A stretch of 59,633 nucleotides of DNA from Candidatus Helarchaeota archaeon. Its GTDB lineage: Archaea > Asgardarchaeota > Lokiarchaeia > Helarchaeales > RDOG01. Made by a program: the position numbers and the translations under genes. Of this stretch, positions 55,301 through 59,633 are shown in pieces (the stretch's first letter is position 1; each line of letters opens with the position of its first letter). The notes beneath the pieces were generated by a model, which had not been told where the DNA came from, did no database searches, and saw nothing but the letters and a program-made list of their open reading frames with translations. The stretch spans positions 1-59,633 of the forward strand of contig JALGVI010000004.1 of assembly GCA_029838215.1 (NCBI GenBank), written 5' to 3'.

Positions 55301-58300
55301 CCCATTTCCCAAATTTCCAACATTATGGCGTTATTTGCTCCTCCTGAAAAGCTTATTGGGCCGCTTGAACTTAAATCACATTCGAGCAATTCAGAGAACC
55401 GTTTATATTGGCTTTGCCATTGAAAATTCAAGGTTGAGGTTCCTGTAGCTTTGGTTAGGAATAATCCAAAGGTTGCATTGTTGACATTCGGCGTATCATA
55501 AAATTCCGCAAAAACCGCGGATGAAAGTGCCGTCCCTCCACGTGTCATTGCAACTTGATTTCCATCGAGATATAACCAAAGTGGTATGGTACTTCCTTCA
55601 AGCGTGCTTCGACTGTCATTCATCGGTATTGTATAGCGTCCATTTATCACTCGATAAGTGAGATCCGTGGCTCCATCGGTGTATTGTGTTCGATTTATTT
55701 TCCAAAATGGGAATTTATTATAGAACGTGAAAATATCTTCAGTGTGCAGATTATCTATGTTTTTCCAAGTAACGGCGAATCGGCTAAAGATGGGACCATT
55801 ATCTAAAAGTTGGATATCTTGTATCACGTTTTTTCCTGTGATAGGTATCCATATTATGCTTTCTGTTGCTTGAGGTCCATGTTGAACCACCAGAACTGGC
55901 TTGGTTGAATTTATGAACGTTCCAGGCAGTCGAGCCCCATCAGTCGTTGTTAGTCCTGCAACGACCATCTCTCCCGCATCTAAATGATATGTATTTTCAT
56001 ACATGTTTTCATTTATTTGAATAGAACTCCAATAACTGCAAAGTGTTAAGTTAACAAGCGTTTCATTTAGTGGACCTGATGAATTCGTGAACGCATAGAA
56101 TCGATGTTCATCTCCATATACGCCAGCATACAATCCGAGATCCATTTCATTGATCCAACCCATGTCAAGGCTTCGGACATAATCATTTTCGCTATAAGTT
56201 GACTTGTATGTTGTATAATTCCACAAGTAGTTTCCCGTGCTATTTATTAGTGTTATATTGCTGTAGGCTCTATAAATCCTATCCCAACGACTCCCCAAGT
56301 GATAATCATACCTGTTTGGATCGACTGAATTATACCAATCCTCGCCTTCCGTGGCTGTGATATATTCTTCTAATCCATCGTTATCGATGTCAAATGAAGT
56401 TATTGCATCCACCCAACCCGTTATTTCAGGATTATACCAAAGTATGTTACCATTGGAACCATTCAAGGCCCATAATGTTGGTGCTGAAAAATTCGTGGTT
56501 GTATCTTCATATACATCGAACCCAACAACCAAGTCATCACTCGATGAATTATCTAGATTGACGACTTCTACACGTCTTGGACGATGTTTTTGAGCATAAT
56601 TTAGTGTATCGGATGCATTAGTCCCTAAAGTGGAAACATCTCGCGTCCATTCTGTCGCGCCGATAGTATGTGCCGTGGAATCATAGGCATATGATACAAT
56701 ATAGCCTGAATTTACGTTTTCATCAGAAGCCCCAACAACGACTTTAATGTCATTTCCAATATTTATGGTCGTCATGAATTGAAAGTCTTGTGAAAGGGAC
56801 ACGTAATTGTTGTATCCACCATTTGGATTTGTATCGGGATAGTCCATGCGCATGTAGCTCCAACCGCTATAATAGTTATAATAAGTGCTTGACCAAGACG
56901 TGTGGATTATTTCTGACGTGTCAAAAGTTACTATGCGACCATCACCATAAGCAGTTGCTATGATCATCGCTTCACAATAACCATCACCATCAGAATCAAT
57001 GAGTTCTAAGCCTTCCGTATATCCCCAATAATTATATTGGAAGAATAATACTTCACCAGTTTCACCGTCAAAACCTTGTATTCTTCGTTGGTTATAATCA
57101 AAGGTGATGATGTCAGGTACATGATTCGTATCATTTGTAATGTCTCCGATTCTCACGCCCATTGGACCGTAGAGATAAACGGTATTTGACCAGAGTAAAT
57201 CTCCTGTATGCCCATCCAATACTAAAAGGTGTTGGTTCTCATAGTAGGTGGGATCACTAATGGATACAATAACGTCTAGCCATTCATCTCCAGTTAGGTT
57301 AGCCGTGAGGATATCTGACTTATATCTATAGTCTTCCCAGTTCGGTCGTCCTGTTCCGTAAGATGGATGCGCCCAGATTGGATAATCCCATAATCTATTA
57401 CCGTTGGAAGAATTATAACATACAAGCTCGGTAGAGCCGACTATAACTTCCGTGCTTCCATCGTTTTGATTTAAGTCCACGCTTTTTACTATGGTTGTAT
57501 GGTCATCATTAGGATCTTCGGCGGCTTTCATATCAACAACTGTATTGTTTTCCAAAGCAGTTATTGAGACGAGTTGTGTTCCATAATTAGCCAGTTGATG
57601 GTATGTTCCCACATGTTCTTGTAAATCACCGTAAGAACCCGAAGAGTAAACATACACCTTAATTGGTTTCGTTGCAGTAACATTCGCCCATCCAAGAGCA
57701 TAGAAATCGGGTGCTATTCCCCATCGATCGTAAATGGCATTGGTTCCATCATAATCACGAGTGCCTGTTGACTTGTTATAATCAGGATCCCAATCATAAA
57801 ATTGCAGAGTATCGCCAGCATAAAGGCTGAGAAACCTGTGATTTATGATTTCATCATCATCCCAATTATACGTGAATCTATTAAAGTCCGAAAATCTCGA
57901 ACGGTATACGGTGATATCCGTTCCTGCATATCCATTCCCATATCGTTTTAATTTATTGCCGTTCGTCAAGTTGCTGAAATAAATATCCGTGTCATCTTCA
58001 AGAATTTCAACGGCAAATCTTCGCAAGATCGGGAAATGAAATGTCTTACTGTCAGGACTCATTACTTCTGTTTGATAATCATTTGCGCAATATCCTGCAA
58101 CGACAGTAACGGTATCATTTGCAACAATGCGAACGATGTCATTATCGAAAATATCTGGGTTTAAATAATCATTACCGCTGGGATCTCCATCAGGATCGTA
58201 AGAATAATACTGAGTTGTCGTATAGATGAGTGGGTTTCGACTGGTATTCCAACCCCAGCCATATGTCGTATGAGCAGGGTCGCCAAGAATTAGGGTTTTT

Positions 58301-59409
58301 GAATCATCTGAATCCGTGTCATCTGTATCAAAATCTATTATTTGAACTTGTGTTGGACGATATGCCGTGATATAGCAATCTCTTGGAATCCATAGGAGCA
58401 AATCTGTTCCAGCAGCACTGTAAATGTCATCGTCACTATATGAATCCACACCACTGTAATAATTCGTGCTGGATCCGGGTGCTCCGTAGCCGTGAAGTTT
58501 CGCCGATCCCAATCCCGTTATGAAGCAAGAGGCATCAATGTCGGAATCAATTCTGATGAGTTTATAGGCATCATCTTGAACTTCCCGTATTCTTGAGAAA
58601 TATTGATCGTATTGATCGGGATAACGCCATACTTCATACTGGTCCAACGTTCTGGATGCAATAAAATCACCAGATGTTCCATCATATAAACGGATGGTGC
58701 CCTCTTCTTTTGCAATGAAGACAAGGTGTTGATAGGACCGAACCATTACATATTGATTTTCTTGATATCTGTTCTGCGTGATATCAGGTGCCAAAGAATA
58801 ATTTGTATGAACGTTTTGATTAACACCCGATAAAGTAAAGTTGTAGACTCCTGATTCTTCATCGAAACCAATTGTATAATATTCGTTTTCAATCGTGGCT
58901 TGATCATTTGCAAAAGTCGTACTTAACGTATTTCCAAAACTTGCATAAGTTTCAATTGGAAAAGGATCTGGTGCATCGGAATAATAAATAGAAAAATTTG
59001 CATCACTATTTTGGGAAACATTCACTAAAAAGGTCACGGTTGCTGAGGAAATGAACGAAGTTCCCTGTTCATATGTAACATTCCACACTTGGCAAGGTGT
59101 TACCACTTCTGAACCCGCATCAAAGGTTTGATTAACTCGCACGCTATTATTGATACAAGTGCCAGAATCAAACGTTAAGAATATGTCCACTGGAAAAAAA
59201 GTCCGATCAGCAGTATTTGGTTCCGTAATTGTTATATTTCGTCGATATCGCCATGTATAATTCCATGATTGTTCTGCTGATGAAATATCACCATTTGTAT
59301 CTCGTGCTGGTAGGAATTTCGATCCGAGTAATCCAATAAACATGGATCCTACGAAAAAGAATAGCAAGCAAAATACGATTAATACTTTTTTTGATGTTTT
59401 TCGTGTCAT
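52384..59409 (-). CDS. Giant (2341 aa) single-pass cell-surface protein: DUF2341-like N-domain, IgGFc-binding-like repeats, FG-GAP/VCBS-like propeller, Ig-like repeats, TM, cytoplasmic tail
   Basis: Signal peptide, WRYRRNITI, repeats such as ITALENNTVV and STKPVLV, Ca-loop motifs (DSDGDG, DIDNDG), many NxS/T sequons, and TM PIFYLMVIIGLVAVIAPIVAIIAY. Confidence 0.9.
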   Translation of the reverse strand: MTRKTSKKVLIVFCLLFFFVGSMFIGLLGSKFLPARDTNGDISSAEQSWNYTWRYRRNITITEPNTADRTFFPVDIFLTFDSGTCINNSVRVNQTFDAGSEVVTPCQVWNVTYEQGTSFISSATVTFLVNVSQNSDANFSIYYSDAPDPFPIETYASFGNTLSTTFANDQATIENEYYTIGFDEESGVYNFTLSGVNQNVHTNYSLAPDITQNRYQENQYVMVRSYQHLVFIAKEEGTIRLYDGTSGDFIASRTLDQYEVWRYPDQYDQYFSRIREVQDDAYKLIRIDSDIDASCFITGLGSAKLHGYGAPGSSTNYYSGVDSYSDDDIYSAAGTDLLLWIPRDCYITAYRPTQVQIIDFDTDDTDSDDSKTLILGDPAHTTYGWGWNTSRNPLIYTTTQYYSYDPDGDPSGNDYLNPDIFDNDIVRIVANDTVTVVAGYCANDYQTEVMSPDSKTFHFPILRRFAVEILEDDTDIYFSNLTNGNKLKRYGNGYAGTDITVYRSRFSDFNRFTYNWDDDEIINHRFLSLYAGDTLQFYDWDPDYNKSTGTRDYDGTNAIYDRWGIAPDFYALGWANVTATKPIKVYVYSSGSYGDLQEHVGTYHQLANYGTQLVSITALENNTVVDMKAAEDPNDDHTTIVKSVDLNQNDGSTEVIVGSTELVCYNSSNGNRLWDYPIWAHPSYGTGRPNWEDYRYKSDILTANLTGDEWLDVIVSISDPTYYENQHLLVLDGHTGDLLWSNTVYLYGPMGVRIGDITNDTNHVPDIITFDYNQRRIQGFDGETGEVLFFQYNYWGYTEGLELIDSDGDGYCEAMIIATAYGDGRIVTFDTSEIIHTSWSSTYYNYYSGWSYMRMDYPDTNPNGGYNNYVSLSQDFQFMTTINIGNDIKVVVGASDENVNSGYIVSYAYDSTAHTIGATEWTRDVSTLGTNASDTLNYAQKHRPRRVEVVNLDNSSSDDLVVGFDVYEDTTTNFSAPTLWALNGSNGNILWYNPEITGWVDAITSFDIDNDGLEEYITATEGEDWYNSVDPNRYDYHLGSRWDRIYRAYSNITLINSTGNYLWNYTTYKSTYSENDYVRSLDMGWINEMDLGLYAGVYGDEHRFYAFTNSSGPLNETLVNLTLCSYWSSIQINENMYENTYHLDAGEMVVAGLTTTDGARLPGTFINSTKPVLVVQHGPQATESIIWIPITGKNVIQDIQLLDNGPIFSRFAVTWKNIDNLHTEDIFTFYNKFPFWKINRTQYTDGATDLTYRVINGRYTIPMNDSRSTLEGSTIPLWLYLDGNQVAMTRGGTALSSAVFAEFYDTPNVNNATFGLFLTKATGTSTLNFQWQSQYKRFSELLECDLSSSGPISFSGGANNAIMLEIWEMGKQNLTTEDGNNGLGLFADLQTNKTLQAESQWFDLKVKAIDLSGNPIPGANVTIINATRINSSFEVELYNESKTTGTDGLTSSFSRILKGTYEIIVSYTVPKNSSLIYSKTTTIQIDSETSIYSVTLDLVKFQVQVAYESNRTCPDEIIEENYLENAIVSFTNSSTGELLANVTTDSEGVATLIWNATDSTFNYSVQIESFGTQLTFEEMALYYDGFENYSQTIIEQGFNDTSGTTSEHNINSTDSNYWVIESNSTIDNTTIVDIYFTSSVLDYNTICKINVSYWGFLNTSATDHAYLKVWDYSIGDWGNNVVDINSITTSNNATETFDRNHVNTELGFGNEVIVRLEVQHNDSIKLNIDSLQVEYITLTGSDNTDPSYKTRNFSVTSDRFALLNATGLGGTLSTYLNFYPPYVSGSRTVTYGETFETLVHYNSTNKPNGIDGATGSATIKYQGNGSTATTLSLIPGSQAGVYNLTFNSSLLAAGSYSVTIEVSKTAGGYPSASVNFDLTVSSLTTAIVAESYVSTYYSVNLTMNVSYVWNSTNLADWTLSYVIQDETSVNDTIFVTSTLLVDGVYILNFSTDQLDQGVHQLVLNASKQNHTTDIKYISLEILGVPTTLNGSTIDLAFTDSIYVMIARNYSFTFKNNLTDQGLDDLTTLSWTIISGSAQIGSGNLDPQGNGNYVLDLDTENLEPGTYTVWVTFFKPNYQIKKAVLFLTINERPINWDTPLLVSKILGEAGTITITLTDYLGAPLTGSTITLHWGSIDANFTEESPGTYTYSFIAPNTPGPTTMQITITKGNHTSESITITIYSGYRKILGLDEPIFYLMVIIGLVAVIAPIVAIIAYTQVKKARIPYAIKKIDETIKWIEKQKKKNIPTPVMKSKDSLFEEIFKKDWGSMATQSPLFAKEAVDQNEFQEVINQIKAVRMTTTEVELLKTQLKEMNTEEAIKKLRALGIPPDTAERLIKLAKK

Positions 59410-59633
59410 GCCGTTTCAGCCTCCTTTGCTTTTTTCTTTTGCAGTTTTTTCAACCCTTTCAGGTCGATGTACACGTCGCGCAGGTGCTTGAGGTGTTCGA
59501 TCAGGACGGGGTTTGCCATGGTGCCGCTGTTGTAGCTCTCGCGGATTAGGTCGATCAGGTATTCGGGATAGAAGCGTTCTATCCTGATGTCTGTTTTGAG
59601 AAAATAGTATTCTTCGCCAGCCTTGTCTTTCAG
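59406..59633 (-). CDS. 5'-truncated hypothetical protein (C-terminal 75 aa), translationally coupled to the giant gene
   Basis: Manual translation LKDKAGEEYYFLKTDIRIERFYPEYLIDLIRESY...KAKEAETA*. The stop overlaps the next ATG (ATGA). Confidence 0.8.
   Translation of the reverse strand: MKDKAGEEYYFLKTDIRIERFYPEYLIDLIRESYNSGTMANPVLIEHLKHLRDVYIDLKGLKKLQKKKAKEAETA

Noticed and set aside
59406-59470. Frameshift in the terminal partial gene at the A-run
   Set aside because: A careful count of the run (six T at 59445-59450 on the + strand) keeps the frame open to the TGA overlapping the next ATG.
1-59633. tRNA, rRNA, transposase, integrase or prophage genes, and the many short antisense ORFs in the track
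   Set aside because: No cloverleaf, rRNA-like or mobile-element motifs were seen by eye. The short ORFs overlap well-supported genes on the opposite strand or in another frame and have no motifs.

Overview
A gene-dense, AT-rich 59.6 kb archaeal window. It is most likely from an Asgard archaeon; this is inferred from a Rab-like GTPase with RabF motifs, two longin-like proteins, tandem UBC/RWD-like domains, RING fingers and Cys-rich zinc proteins. No rRNA, tRNA, CRISPR array or transposase was seen. Housekeeping and metabolic genes include a RadA paralog, a PAC2 chaperone, surE, purD, ilvD, lutAB, a form IV RuBisCO-like protein, a ferredoxin-thioredoxin reductase catalytic subunit with a glutaredoxin, an Rnl3-type RNA ligase, and a sugar-phosphate nucleotidyltransferase fused to a catalytically dead phosphomutase. 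The strongest candidate for an undescribed system is the tightly coupled six-gene ABC operon at 40165-49183. It encodes two ABC-2 permeases, a free ATPase, an ATPase tethered through a TM helix to an extracellular prenyltransferase-repeat barrel, a tandem UBC/RWD-like protein fused to a dead ATPase, and a longin domain with TM helices. A vWA-double-RING gene and a DedA/VTT gene follow it. Other highlights are an orphan four-gene operon ending in fixCX-like genes, an RLP/cupin/IlvD/regulator neighbourhood, a 2341-aa surface protein with nested domains, a small ORF with an in-frame UGA and a SECIS-like hairpin (speculative), and an abrupt GC/codon shift in the last ~175 nt. All family assignments come from motif recognition by eye, not database searches.
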